Numbered from the stretch's first letter, positions 50,703 through 61,716 are shown. The stretch is DNA of 64,000 nt from Desulfobacterales bacterium (GCA_963674755.2 CAXXVS010000003.1:1696001-1760000); one strand, 5' to 3'. Numbers and translations are program-made. The notes: generated by a model from the sequence alone, not told the origin.

Positions 50703-51833
50703 ATGGATTCGAACCCACTTAAAGATATCCAATCGTACGGGCAGAGTATCTGGCTCGACGATATCCGCCGGGGCATGCTGACCGGCGGCGACCTGCAACG
50801 CCTGGTGGACGAGGACGGCCTGCGGGGCGTGACCTCCAACCCGGCCATTTTCGACAAGGCGATTTCCGGCAGCGCCGACTACGACGAACTCATCGCCTCC
50901 CTGGCCGGGCAGGGCCAAAGCGTGGACGCTATCTATCGCGCCCTGACCGTAGAGGATGTGCAGATGGCCGCCGACGTCTTCCGCCCGCTGTATGACGCCT
51001 CCGGCGGGGATCATGGGTTTGTGAGCCTGGAGGTCAATCCCCACCTGGCCTACCGCACCCAGGAGACCATCGAGGAGGCCCGGGAGCTCTGGCAGGCCCT
51101 GGACCGGCCCAATGTGTTCATCAAGGTGCCGGCCACCGCGGAAGGGCTGCCGGCTATCCGGCAGCTGATCAGCGAGGGCATCAGCGTCAATGTGACGCTG
51201 CTCTTCGGGCTGCCCCGCTACCGCCGGGTGGCCGAGGCCTACCTGACCGGGCTGGAGCAGCGGCTCGCCCAGGGCCGGCCCATCGACGGCATCCGTTCGG
51301 TAGCCAGTTTTTTCCTGAGCCGCATCGACGTGCTGGTGGACTCCCAACTAGAGGAACGGATGGCCGGCAGCGGCCCCGGGGCCCATATAGCCGAAGAGCT
51401 TCGCGGCCAGGTGGCCATTGCCAGCGCCAAACAGTCCTATCAGATCTACAAGGAGATCTTCCACAGCCCGCGCTTCCGCAAGTTGGCCGACCGGGGGGGC
51501 CGCACCCAGCGATTGCTCTGGGCCAGCACCAGCACCAAGAACCCGGATTATCCTGATGTAAAATACGTGGAAGCCCTGATCGGTCCGGAGACGGTCAACA
51601 CGCTGCCCGGCAAGACCCTGGAGGCCTACCGCGACCACGGCCAACCCGCCGCCCGCCTCGAGGAGGGGGTTAAAGAAAGCCGTGACATATTGGAAAAGCT
51701 TGCCCAGGTAGGCATCGACATCGATCAGGTGACCGAGCAGCTGGAGCAGGAGGGGGTCGACAAGTTCAACCGCCCCTTCGACAATCTCATGCAAACCCTG
51801 GCGGACGAGCGGGCGCGCTTCCTGGCACAGTAA
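50703..51833 (+). CDS. tal: Transaldolase (type 2-like)
   Basis: 'GVTSNPAIF', 'IKVPAT', 'NVTLLF', 'LWASTSTK'. Confidence 0.95.
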   Translation: MDSNPLKDIQSYGQSIWLDDIRRGMLTGGDLQRLVDEDGLRGVTSNPAIFDKAISGSADYDELIASLAGQGQSVDAIYRALTVEDVQMAADVFRPLYDASGGDHGFVSLEVNPHLAYRTQETIEEARELWQALDRPNVFIKVPATAEGLPAIRQLISEGISVNVTLLFGLPRYRRVAEAYLTGLEQRLAQGRPIDGIRSVASFFLSRIDVLVDSQLEERMAGSGPGAHIAEELRGQVAIASAKQSYQIYKEIFHSPRFRKLADRGGRTQRLLWASTSTKNPDYPDVKYVEALIGPETVNTLPGKTLEAYRDHGQPAARLEEGVKESRDILEKLAQVGIDIDQVTEQLEQEGVDKFNRPFDNLMQTLADERARFLAQ

Positions 51834-51890
51834 CCCGGTGCTCAAGCAAGGCGTTTTTAGCCATTTAAACACATCATGGAGGTTGGCAAT

Positions 51891-53309
<1,419 letters not shown>

Positions 53310-53313
53310 GATC

Positions 53314-54105
53314 ATGGCGGCGCCACCGATCAAACCCGTTTCGTCGGAGAGCGGAATCGAAAACCGGATCTACGACGATTACGAAGCCCTCAGCCGGGCC
53401 GCGGCCGCGCTGTTTACCGAGTGCGCCCGGGAGGCCTTGAGGGACCATCAGGACTTCCGGGTGGCCCTTTCCGGCGGGAAGACGCCCGCGCGCATGTTCG
53501 CGCTGCTGGCGGCCGCACCCTTGCGTGACGAGGTGCCCTGGAGCCGCGTGCAGGTCTTCTGGGGGGATGAACGCTGGGTGCCGCTGGACGACGAACGCAG
53601 CAATGCCGGGCAGGCCCGCCGCCAACTGCTCGACCGGGTGCCCCTGCCGGCGGACCAGGCTTACCCGATGGTCTGCGGCGCGTCGCCGGCCGAGGCCGCC
53701 CTGGCCTACGAGGAGCGGATCCACCGGCAGTTCGGGCATCAACCGCCATGCTTCGACCTGATTTTCCTGGGGTTGGGGACGGAAGGCCACACCGCCTCCT
53801 TGTTTCCCGGAAGCGATCTGATTAGCGAAACGCAGCGCTGGGTGCGGGAGGTGCCGCATGGTCCGGCAGGACTCAGCCGGGTGAGTTTCACACCCCTCTT
53901 GATCAACCAGGCCGCCGCCGTGGCCTTTCTGGTGAGTGGTGAAAACAAAGCGGACACGGTGCGGGCCATCCAGCAGGGGCCCCGCCAACCGGAGCACTAT
54001 CCGGCCCAGAGCATCCGGCCGGCGAAGGGGCGGCTGATTTGGCTCCTGGACCGGGCCGCCGCGGCGCGCCTGGACGGTTCATCGGAACGCCCCACCCCTG
54101 AATAG
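53314..54105 (+). CDS. pgl: 6-phosphogluconolactonase
   Basis: 'ALSGGKTP', 'GDERWVP', 'GHTASLFP'. Confidence 0.93.
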   Translation: MAAPPIKPVSSESGIENRIYDDYEALSRAAAALFTECAREALRDHQDFRVALSGGKTPARMFALLAAAPLRDEVPWSRVQVFWGDERWVPLDDERSNAGQARRQLLDRVPLPADQAYPMVCGASPAEAALAYEERIHRQFGHQPPCFDLIFLGLGTEGHTASLFPGSDLISETQRWVREVPHGPAGLSRVSFTPLLINQAAAVAFLVSGENKADTVRAIQQGPRQPEHYPAQSIRPAKGRLIWLLDRAAAARLDGSSERPTPE

Positions 54106-54196
54106 CAGCTTGCGGCCCGGGCCCCCGAAGGGATAAATCCACCTTTGGCGGACAAATCAGCTTCGCGCGCTATGGAAATCCTCGCCGTTAAAGGAG

Positions 54197-54607
54197 ATGG
54201 CCTTGCCGCAGACCGACAAACCACAGCCTGACATGACAGGTCCCCGCCTGGTGTATTTCGCCGCCGAGCGCACGCTGCTGACCTGGGTTCGCACGGCACT
54301 GGGCCTGATGGCGTTCGGATTCGTCATCGACCGCTTCGAGCTGGTCCTGCGCATCAACGCTCAGGTGGGAAGTCCTGGACAGACGCCTGCCGCTGCCTAT
54401 TCCCTTTGGATGGGAACGGTGCTCGTGATCGCCGGTGTGGTCATGAACGTCGTGGCGGCGGTCCGCTATCTGCGCTTCGCCGCCCACTACCGGCGCGAGG
54501 CCGATACCGACCCGGGTCCGGGCCTTTCCCAGGCGGTTCTGTTTACCGCCATCATCACCCTCCTGGTGTCGGGCATCGTGGTCTATCTGATCATGCTGAG
54601 CCGATGA
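54197..54607 (+). CDS. DUF202/YidH-like membrane protein
   Basis: 'AAERTLLTWVRTALGLMAFGFVIDRF'. Confidence 0.85.
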   Translation: MALPQTDKPQPDMTGPRLVYFAAERTLLTWVRTALGLMAFGFVIDRFELVLRINAQVGSPGQTPAAAYSLWMGTVLVIAGVVMNVVAAVRYLRFAAHYRREADTDPGPGLSQAVLFTAIITLLVSGIVVYLIMLSR

Positions 54608-54611
54608 GCAT

Positions 54612-54815
54612 TGCCGCCTGCCTCATGGGCGCAGCTTCCCCACGGCCCTGGATCCCCTGTACTGCAACCCGCTACGAGATCCGGCCGTTCGCCGCCGATG
54701 CTTACGAGGCCGGCCTACGGCCAGCCGCTATTCGGAAAACATGCGCAAACACTTCATGTACGGCGACGACGCGCGGCTGCCCGCGCACATCACCGCCTAC
54801 GGCGACAAAGCATGA
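54612..54815 (+). pseudogene. Betaine-homocysteine/homocysteine S-methyltransferase C-terminal relic
   Basis: Manual translation gives 'HGRSFPTALDPLYCN' /frameshift/ 'RYEIRPFAADAYEAG' /gap/ 'ASRYSENMRKHFMYG...ITAYGDKA*'. Family recalled from memory. Confidence 0.7.
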
Positions 54816-54947
54816 ACCGGACCGGTCGAACATCCGAAGCGGAAGGCTTCCGGGGGCGCCCGGCCATCGGGCCAATGGCCGGGCCTGCGGCGGAGACGCG
54901 CCTCCGTCTTCGGATCGCCATCCGTCGGACGGTTTGAATAAGCGGCA

Positions 54948-54976
54948 TTGACGATGCGAACCGGTCCTCCTATGAT
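54948..54976 (+). promoter_or_regulatory. Sigma70 promoter, probably producing a leaderless transcript
   Basis: TTGACG-N17-TATGAT, followed by 6 nt and then the ATG at 54983. Confidence 0.7.
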
Positions 54977-54982
54977 ACCCGG

Positions 54983-55864
54983 ATGCTGATGCCCTACCTC
55001 CGCCTGACGCTGGCCCCCATCCTGTGGGGCGGAGCCCTGGTGGCCGGCCGCGTTGTGGCCGCCGAGCTTTCCCCTATTCTGATCACATGGATACGCTTCC
55101 TGCTGGTGAGCGTTTTTCTCCTGCCCCTGCTGCGGATCTACGAAGGACATCTTCCGCGGCCAAGCCGTCACGACGGGGTTCTTCTGGCCATGCTCGCCCT
55201 GACAGGGGTGGTGGTCTTCAACCTGTTGCTCTTCTCCGGCCTGAAGACCGTCACCGCTGTGCGCAGCTCGGTCCTGATCGCCTTGGGACCGGCCGTGGTG
55301 GCGATCCTGATGATGACTTTTTTCCGGGAGCCGGCCCGCGGGCATACGATCGCCGGCATCCTGATCGCCTTTGCCGGCGCCGTCGTCACCATCACCGACG
55401 GCCGGCCCGCCCGCGCCCTGGCCGGCGGCCTTTCGGCGGGCGACCTCTACCTGGCGGGCAGTGTGCTCTGCTGGGCGGCTTACACCATCCTGGCGCGGCC
55501 GGCCATGCGCCGTCTGGCGCCTCTCACGGTGTTGACCTATTCATCCATCATCGGAACGGTGTTCCTGACGCCTTTTGCCCTGCAGCGCGGCACCCTGGCC
55601 CAGCTGGCCGGCTGCTCCTGGACGGCCTGGGGCAGCCTCTTCTACCTGAGCATCGGGGCCGCCGGCGTGGCCTACCTCTGCTACTACATGGGCATTCGCG
55701 ATGTGGGCCCCAGCCGGGCGGCGGTTTTTCTGAATCTGGAGCCGGTATCCGCCATCGCCCTGGGTGTCCTGCTGCTGGGCGAGAGGCTTACCTGGCCGGT
55801 CCTGGTGGGCGCGGTGTCAGTGATCGCGGGGCTCTATCTGGTGAACCGGCCCGCTTCATCTTAG
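54983..55864 (+). CDS. DMT/EamA family transporter
   Basis: About 10 TM helices, 'LWGG', 'RFLL', 'VFLNLEPV...LLGE'. Confidence 0.92.
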   Translation: MLMPYLRLTLAPILWGGALVAGRVVAAELSPILITWIRFLLVSVFLLPLLRIYEGHLPRPSRHDGVLLAMLALTGVVVFNLLLFSGLKTVTAVRSSVLIALGPAVVAILMMTFFREPARGHTIAGILIAFAGAVVTITDGRPARALAGGLSAGDLYLAGSVLCWAAYTILARPAMRRLAPLTVLTYSSIIGTVFLTPFALQRGTLAQLAGCSWTAWGSLFYLSIGAAGVAYLCYYMGIRDVGPSRAAVFLNLEPVSAIALGVLLLGERLTWPVLVGAVSVIAGLYLVNRPASS

Positions 55865-56456
55865 CCCGCAGACACCCGTTGGGATCCGATCCCCTGCCAT
55901 AACATTCAAGCTGCCGGCGCAGCAGCACCTTGGCCCGGTGGAGAATGGTCCAGCAATTGTCTTTTGAAATGCCGAAGATCAGGCAGATTTCCGCGGTGCT
56001 CAACCCGTCGATTTCACGATAGATGAACACCTGTGCCGCCCGTTGAGGCAACCTTGCCAAGCCGCGGCGCAAGTCGTCCAGGAGCTCCCTGTATTGGCAA
56101 TCCCTTTCGGGATCGGTGGCTGGCGGGGCAGGATAGAGCCGCCTGTCGCCACGGGGCCCGAAGAGCATTGCAGCGCCGTCAACGGTGAACATCACATCGT
56201 TTAGAAGCAGTATCTTGGGGGATCTCCTCAAACGATCGAGGATTTTGTGCTTCAATATGCCGAACAGCCACGTCCTCTCCGATGAGTGGCCGCGGAAATT
56301 TCCCCGCGACCCCAGGGCTCCCGAATAGGTCTCCTGCACCAAATCTTCCGCCACATCATGATCTTTTACCCGGGCCAGCGCAAATCCGAAAAGAGCGTCG
56401 CCGTAAGCATCCACCCATTCGCCCGGATCCAGGCGCGTTGTATCGCGTCGTTCCAT
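55788..56456 (-). CDS. ECF sigma factor
   Basis: Region 2 'AEDLVQETY...RTWLFGILKHK' and region 4 'LARLP...YREIDGLSTAEIC...ILHRAK'. SD GGAGG. Confidence 0.88.
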   Translation of the reverse strand: MERRDTTRLDPGEWVDAYGDALFGFALARVKDHDVAEDLVQETYSGALGSRGNFRGHSSERTWLFGILKHKILDRLRRSPKILLLNDVMFTVDGAAMLFGPRGDRRLYPAPPATDPERDCQYRELLDDLRRGLARLPQRAAQVFIYREIDGLSTAEICLIFGISKDNCWTILHRAKVLLRRQLECYGRGSDPNGCLRAKMKRAGSPDRAPRSLTPRPPGPAR

Positions 56457-56522
56457 CCGGCACCTCCGCTTTCAGCGATGTAAAGGTCTTTGTTGACGCT
56501 GAGCGTAAGATGCCTACGGATC

Positions 56523-56560
56523 TTAAAGGTTTCTTAACGATTGGTTAAAGCGTGGTTAAA
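56523..56560. promoter_or_regulatory. Four TTAA boxes at 11-bp period (OmpR/PhoB-type site candidate)
   Basis: TTAA at 56523, 56534, 56545 and 56556, upstream of the ECF gene. Confidence 0.5.
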
Positions 56561-56612
56561 AATTTTTTTTATTCCAGCGGCTGCAATCGGAAGACAACTC
56601 GAGACCTGAAAA

Positions 56613-56635
56613 TGGTGATGGGCGATGAGAGGCTC
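56613..56635 (-). mobile_element. Displaced tRNA 3'-end fragment; att-like boundary of an integrated island
   Basis: The minus strand reads GAGC-CTCTC-ATCGCCC-A-(TC)ACCA, i.e. end of T-loop, T-stem, acceptor strand and discriminator. It coincides with the GC drop. Confidence 0.7.
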
Positions 56636-57060
56636 TTAATATTGACGACTCAAAATGGCGCGTAATATCAGCGTAATAGCCTAATGAAAATATCACTAAT
56701 ATAAAAATAATGTATAATAGGGTCATTACTGCTTAAATTCTCGAAAGAAAAAATTAATTAGCAAATAATATCGATTGGTTAAAGAATTATAAAAACATTA
56801 CCTTGCTAAAATTAATGGGATAATTTTTTAGTTATTACATATAATATACGGTTATATCATATCTGTATTATAAACTTTTATATATAATATTACTATTATT
56901 ATAGGTATGTTAGCAATTTTTTTTGTATCATAGATAGATTTTAAAAGATTATTATATTGACATATAAATATCTGTAATATATTTCCTCTAAATATTATTA
57001 GTAATTCACTGTACCGTCATCCATATTTGTATATCCTTTAGTTTTATAAGGACTCAATAA

Positions 57061-58245
57061 ATGCCTGAAAATATAGAATTTACAAAAGATGGCTCGCAGG
57101 TGACCGATTTAGAAGCAATCGAGATTTTAAAATCTCTGATAACGATCCCTACCGTCGATCCGCCAGGAAATGAGATGGAAGCAGCCGTAGCGGTGCAAAA
57201 AATATTGAAAGAAGAAAATATTGACTCGCAAATTTATGATCTCGGAAACGGTCGGGCTAATCTCGTTGCTAGATTAAAAGGTTCTGGAGACAGACCGGCT
57301 TTAGTATTTTCGGCGCATTTCGATACAATCCCGGTTGATGAGTCCCAATGGACAATGCCTCCTTTCGGAGGAGAGATAAGAGACGGGAAAATGTATGGCC
57401 GTGGGGCCACAGATATGAAAAGCGGCTTGGCGTCAATGGTTTGTGCCGCTATCGAATTAAAACGTAAAGGCATAGAGCTATGCGGAGACCTAATCTTGGC
57501 CTTTTCAGCAGCTGAAAATTCTTCAGGAATGGGCGCAATAGAACTGACCCGATGTGGAGAATTGAATAGCGCAGGGGCAATGGTAATCAGTGAACCAACT
57601 TCCTTGAAGGTCTTTATTGCGGAAAAAGGAGCGCTTTGGCTTAAAGCGAAAGCAAAAGGCGCATCGGGCCATGCAGCTTTTGTAGCGGATTGGAGGTCAG
57701 ATTATGGAAATGCTATTGTGCGCATGGCCAAGTTTATTGCCCAGTTGGAAAAGTTAGATTTGAATTTTCCTCATCATCCACATCTGGATTATCCGACGGT
57801 TAACGTGGGCAAAATCTCGGGCGGTATAAGTGCGCCTATAATCCCAAACTCGTGCACGATGGATTTGGATATCAGAATGGTCCCGGGCATGGAGCCAGAT
57901 TTTATCTTGAAAAAGATTCAGGATTTAGCGGGAAAATATATTGAAATTGAAATTATAGACTATAAGCCTCCTGTTGAAACTGAGGTTGAAGACCCTTTCG
58001 TTCATATGTGCATTGAAGCTTGTGAATCGGTGGTTGGCATGAAAGCAGATGTCACAGGGGTTCCATATTATTCAGATGCTACGGTTTTTGCCCCAGTACT
58101 ACAAATACCAATAGTTATAATCGGGCCCGGAGAGGTTGGGCATAGCGGTATCGCAGATGAATATGTAAAGATATCAAGTATGATAAAAACGAACCAAATC
58201 TTTTCGTTAATTGCCCGCAAATATCTAACTTTAGATCATTTCTGA
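57061..58245 (+). CDS. M20 family metallohydrolase (ArgE/DapE-like), atypical metal ligands
   Basis: 'SAHFDT', 'GRGATDMKSG', 'SEPT', 'AEKG', 'YYSDA', 'DEYV'. Confidence 0.9.
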   Translation: MPENIEFTKDGSQVTDLEAIEILKSLITIPTVDPPGNEMEAAVAVQKILKEENIDSQIYDLGNGRANLVARLKGSGDRPALVFSAHFDTIPVDESQWTMPPFGGEIRDGKMYGRGATDMKSGLASMVCAAIELKRKGIELCGDLILAFSAAENSSGMGAIELTRCGELNSAGAMVISEPTSLKVFIAEKGALWLKAKAKGASGHAAFVADWRSDYGNAIVRMAKFIAQLEKLDLNFPHHPHLDYPTVNVGKISGGISAPIIPNSCTMDLDIRMVPGMEPDFILKKIQDLAGKYIEIEIIDYKPPVETEVEDPFVHMCIEACESVVGMKADVTGVPYYSDATVFAPVLQIPIVIIGPGEVGHSGIADEYVKISSMIKTNQIFSLIARKYLTLDHF

Positions 58246-58262
58246 AATTCACAGGAGTCATT

Positions 58263-58925
58263 ATGAATGAAAAAATTTACGAAAAAATTAAGAGAAAAAT
58301 ATTATTTTTAGATCTTCATCCCGGAGATGCAATAGATGAAAAAAAACTTGCCTCAGAGTTTAAAGTAAGCCGTACGCCGATTCGGGAAATTCTTCAAAAA
58401 TTAGAGTGGGAAGGGTTTATTGATATTGTCCCAAGAGGGGCCACTTCAGTTTCGATATTAGAATACAGTAAGATCAAAAACACTTATTTTATGCGTGTGC
58501 AAATAGAAGGTTTGGCTGGAAAACTTGCGGCAGCATATGGGACGCCAAAGCATATATCCCAAATGGAGTCTATACTGGAAAATATACAAGCATTAGACAA
58601 TAAAATGACGCCTCATCACTTAATAGAGATGGATGCAGCGTTCAGGGATATTCTCTATGAAGCAAGCGGAAATACAGTTTTGAAGCAAGTCTCCGATAGC
58701 CTCTATGAACAAACACTCCGGGTTTGGATGTCGCATATTAAAAACGATCAATCAAATGAAATATTAAAAAAAGAGTTTGAATACTTGATTGAAGAAATTC
58801 AGACAGCTATTGAAACGATACAGCACAAAGATCGAGATAAGGCAGAAACAGATAGAAAGGATATAATCATTCGTCATATTAAACGTGCAAATGAATATTT
58901 CATGCAGGATATCCAGCTATACTGA
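58263..58925 (+). CDS. GntR family regulator (FCD)
   Basis: 'EKKLASEFKVSRTPIREIL', FCD-like 'DAAFRDILYEASGN'. Confidence 0.92.
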   Translation: MNEKIYEKIKRKILFLDLHPGDAIDEKKLASEFKVSRTPIREILQKLEWEGFIDIVPRGATSVSILEYSKIKNTYFMRVQIEGLAGKLAAAYGTPKHISQMESILENIQALDNKMTPHHLIEMDAAFRDILYEASGNTVLKQVSDSLYEQTLRVWMSHIKNDQSNEILKKEFEYLIEEIQTAIETIQHKDRDKAETDRKDIIIRHIKRANEYFMQDIQLY

Positions 58926-58944
58926 CACTCGGGCATATATCTAA

Positions 58945-60060
58945 ATGAATCAGTTAAACACTGAAATATATCGAGACCGAATCAAAAATAATATCGGTAT
59001 TGTAACGGCTCATATTCCTATATCAGTAAATATTATAGGAGTGGTTAAGTCTGATGGATATGGTCATGGCGCATGTGAAGTCGCAAAAATATTAATAGGA
59101 TCAGGAATTAACTACCTAGCAGTATCGGATCTTGAAGAAGCACTGATTCTCCGTAAAAAATTCCCAGAAGTTTCGATAATTGTGCTTGGAGAAATTGGGG
59201 CGCGTCGGCTCGCAGAAGCTGTTTTAAATGAACTAACAATAACTCTTTCAAGTATAAATTCAGTGAGAAAAATATCGATTGTGGCAGAGGCTGTAGGTAC
59301 TATCGCAAGAGTACATGTTAAAGTCGATACCGGAATGGGCCGATTTGGCATGCCTCCGAAAGATGTGATGCCCGCACTACAAAGCCTTTCGAATACATCC
59401 TGCATAAATTTAGAGGGAATATTTTCTCATCTAAGCGCCACTTTTAATACCGACATCGATAGCAACAATTTCACTATCAAACAACTTAATATTTTCGAAA
59501 ACATTTGTATGGATGCCAATAAAGAGGGCTTGCTCCCGGAAATGGTTCATATTGGAAGCTCTACAGCACTGATTGGATTTCCAGAAAAAATTTTATCCGG
59601 CCATTTTAATAGTATTAGAATAGGTACCTTATTTTTAGGCTATGAAGAAAGGAAATCTTGCTGGCAGCGACATGTTCAGCCTGCAGCCGAGATATCCACA
59701 AATATATGTATGATTAGAACGCTGCCTCCAGGGCACGCAGTGGGGTATGCTAAAACCTTCACGACAAGCAAAGAAACCCGCTTAGCAATACTTCCTATTG
59801 GATATGGCCACGGATTTCATCGTGATTTTGGGAATGTTGGCCAAGTAATGGTTAATAATTGCAGAGCAAATATTATAGGCAAGCCGAGCCTCGGCCAACT
59901 AATTATAGATGTCACAAATATTCCAGACGTTAAAGTGGGAGACCGTGTCACATTAGCTGGGGTGGAACTATCCGCGTTTGAAGAAGCAAATAAAATAGGT
60001 AGAGGCACCTGGGAGGTGATCTTGCCATTGTTAGAGCATAGCGAGATTTCATATGTTTAA
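58945..60060 (+). CDS. Alanine racemase-fold PLP enzyme (divergent)
   Basis: 'VVKSDGYGHG', 'HVKVDTGMGRFG', 'FSHL', 'VGY'. Confidence 0.9.
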   Translation: MNQLNTEIYRDRIKNNIGIVTAHIPISVNIIGVVKSDGYGHGACEVAKILIGSGINYLAVSDLEEALILRKKFPEVSIIVLGEIGARRLAEAVLNELTITLSSINSVRKISIVAEAVGTIARVHVKVDTGMGRFGMPPKDVMPALQSLSNTSCINLEGIFSHLSATFNTDIDSNNFTIKQLNIFENICMDANKEGLLPEMVHIGSSTALIGFPEKILSGHFNSIRIGTLFLGYEERKSCWQRHVQPAAEISTNICMIRTLPPGHAVGYAKTFTTSKETRLAILPIGYGHGFHRDFGNVGQVMVNNCRANIIGKPSLGQLIIDVTNIPDVKVGDRVTLAGVELSAFEEANKIGRGTWEVILPLLEHSEISYV

Positions 60061-60093
60061 CCAATTGGTTATTAAAAATTGACAGGCAGAACG

Positions 60094-61005
60094 ATGTATC
60101 AAACTCTAATCAACGAAATAATAGGAATAATCAAACCATATTTTGGAAATGGTACAGTAGCAAATTACATCCCTGCGCTTAGCGAGGTTTCTCCCAAAAA
60201 ATTCGGGATATCAGTTGAGTCAATTAATGCTATCACTAATTTTGCCGGTGATGCTGACGAACCGTTTTCAATCCAAAGCATTTCAAAGGTATTTTCTTTG
60301 ACCCTTGCGATACAAATGCTTGGTGACGATATGTGGCGACATGTAGGACGTCGTCTATCATCCAGAGCGTTCAATTCCATTATGTCTTTAGAAGAATCTA
60401 ACGGACAACCACGAAATCCGTTCACAAATGCTGGAGCCATAGCTATCGTCGATCTTTTGCTTTCTCATGATCGAAAATACCTTGATACGTTGTTAGAGTT
60501 TGTAAGAAATCTAGCAGCAAATAATGACATTGTTTATGATATGCGGGTCGCGATGTCCGAAAAGGAAACTGGTTATCGAAATGCAGCAATTGCAAATTTT
60601 CTAAAAAGTTATGGTGTCATTAAGAATTCAGTTAACGATGTTTTAGACGCGTATTTTGTTCAGTGCTCGCTTGCAATGAGTTGTCGGGATTTAAGCCACT
60701 CATTGTTGTTTCTTGCCAATTCCGGAGAGCATCCTCATGATAGATCTTTTGTTATTTCACCTCGTCAGAATAGTCACTTAAATTCCCTGATGATGATGTT
60801 TGGAACTTATGATGCTGCTGGTGATTTTGCCTTCAGAATTGGCCTTCCAGGGAAAAGTGGCGTGGGTGGTGGAATTGCCGTAATTGTACCTCAAAAAATG
60901 GCAATTGCTGTTTGGTCTCCAGAATTAGATGAGTTTGGGACATCGGTTGTTGGACTTAAAGCGCTTGAATTATTAACTGAAAAAGCCAATCTGTGCATCA
61001 TGTAA
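60094..61005 (+). CDS. glsA: Glutaminase
   Basis: 'ANYIPAL', 'FSIQSISK', 'NPFTNAGA', 'GLPGKSGVGGG'. Confidence 0.92.
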   Translation: MYQTLINEIIGIIKPYFGNGTVANYIPALSEVSPKKFGISVESINAITNFAGDADEPFSIQSISKVFSLTLAIQMLGDDMWRHVGRRLSSRAFNSIMSLEESNGQPRNPFTNAGAIAIVDLLLSHDRKYLDTLLEFVRNLAANNDIVYDMRVAMSEKETGYRNAAIANFLKSYGVIKNSVNDVLDAYFVQCSLAMSCRDLSHSLLFLANSGEHPHDRSFVISPRQNSHLNSLMMMFGTYDAAGDFAFRIGLPGKSGVGGGIAVIVPQKMAIAVWSPELDEFGTSVVGLKALELLTEKANLCIM

Positions 61006-61034
61006 CTATTAGGTCTCACGAAAGAGTGTGAAGT

Positions 61035-61646
61035 ATGAGAAGAAGTATAAATATTCAATTCGGATCACATGATAATGAGAAATTATTTGGCCTAAAAAAG
61101 TTCAAAAAAGTGGTTTCGAATTTGGACAATCTACTTCTTAAAATTGAAGAGTTAATTTTATCGTATGGCACAATATCCTTGGCGGTTTTAGTGGTTGGAA
61201 GTGTGATTAGCAGATCAATATTTAATCACAGTTGGATATTTATGGAGGAAGTAGCAAACACTTTAATGGTATTAATAACATTTCTGGGATTAGGCTATTG
61301 TGTGCGGAAGGCCAGACACATCCGCATGTCAGCAATTCATGACATGCTACCCAAATCAATCCGCAAACTGCTAATAATATTAGTTTCTTTAGGGACTGCG
61401 ATAACAATGTCTATTTTGGGTTATTGGGCATTACTCTATACAGCGCAAGCATATGATGCAGGCAACGTTACTCCCGCTCTACGTATTCCCGTATTCTATA
61501 TTGTTATGTGGGTACCTATTGGATTCTTTATGGCTGCTATTGAATATCTCATGACAGTATATAAAAATTTTCGAAGCTGGGAGGTATATTTATCCATTGA
61601 AGTTCCTGATACCTATGAGGATGAGAGCTGCGATTTAATCTCTTAA
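61035..61646 (+). CDS. dctQ: TRAP transporter small permease
   Basis: Four TMs, 'EEVAN', 'ARHIRM', 'TPALRIP'. Confidence 0.9.
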   Translation: MRRSINIQFGSHDNEKLFGLKKFKKVVSNLDNLLLKIEELILSYGTISLAVLVVGSVISRSIFNHSWIFMEEVANTLMVLITFLGLGYCVRKARHIRMSAIHDMLPKSIRKLLIILVSLGTAITMSILGYWALLYTAQAYDAGNVTPALRIPVFYIVMWVPIGFFMAAIEYLMTVYKNFRSWEVYLSIEVPDTYEDESCDLIS

Positions 61647-61716
61647 TAAGGCGCTTAAAATTACTTAATATTAGGTCGACATGGTAATTTAAAAGGGAAC
61701 CTAAGGGACAATACGA

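Noticed and set aside
56957..56985. TTGACA promoter candidate for the island operon
   Set aside because: The best -10 has 15-bp spacing, and the region is so AT-rich that chance matches are likely.
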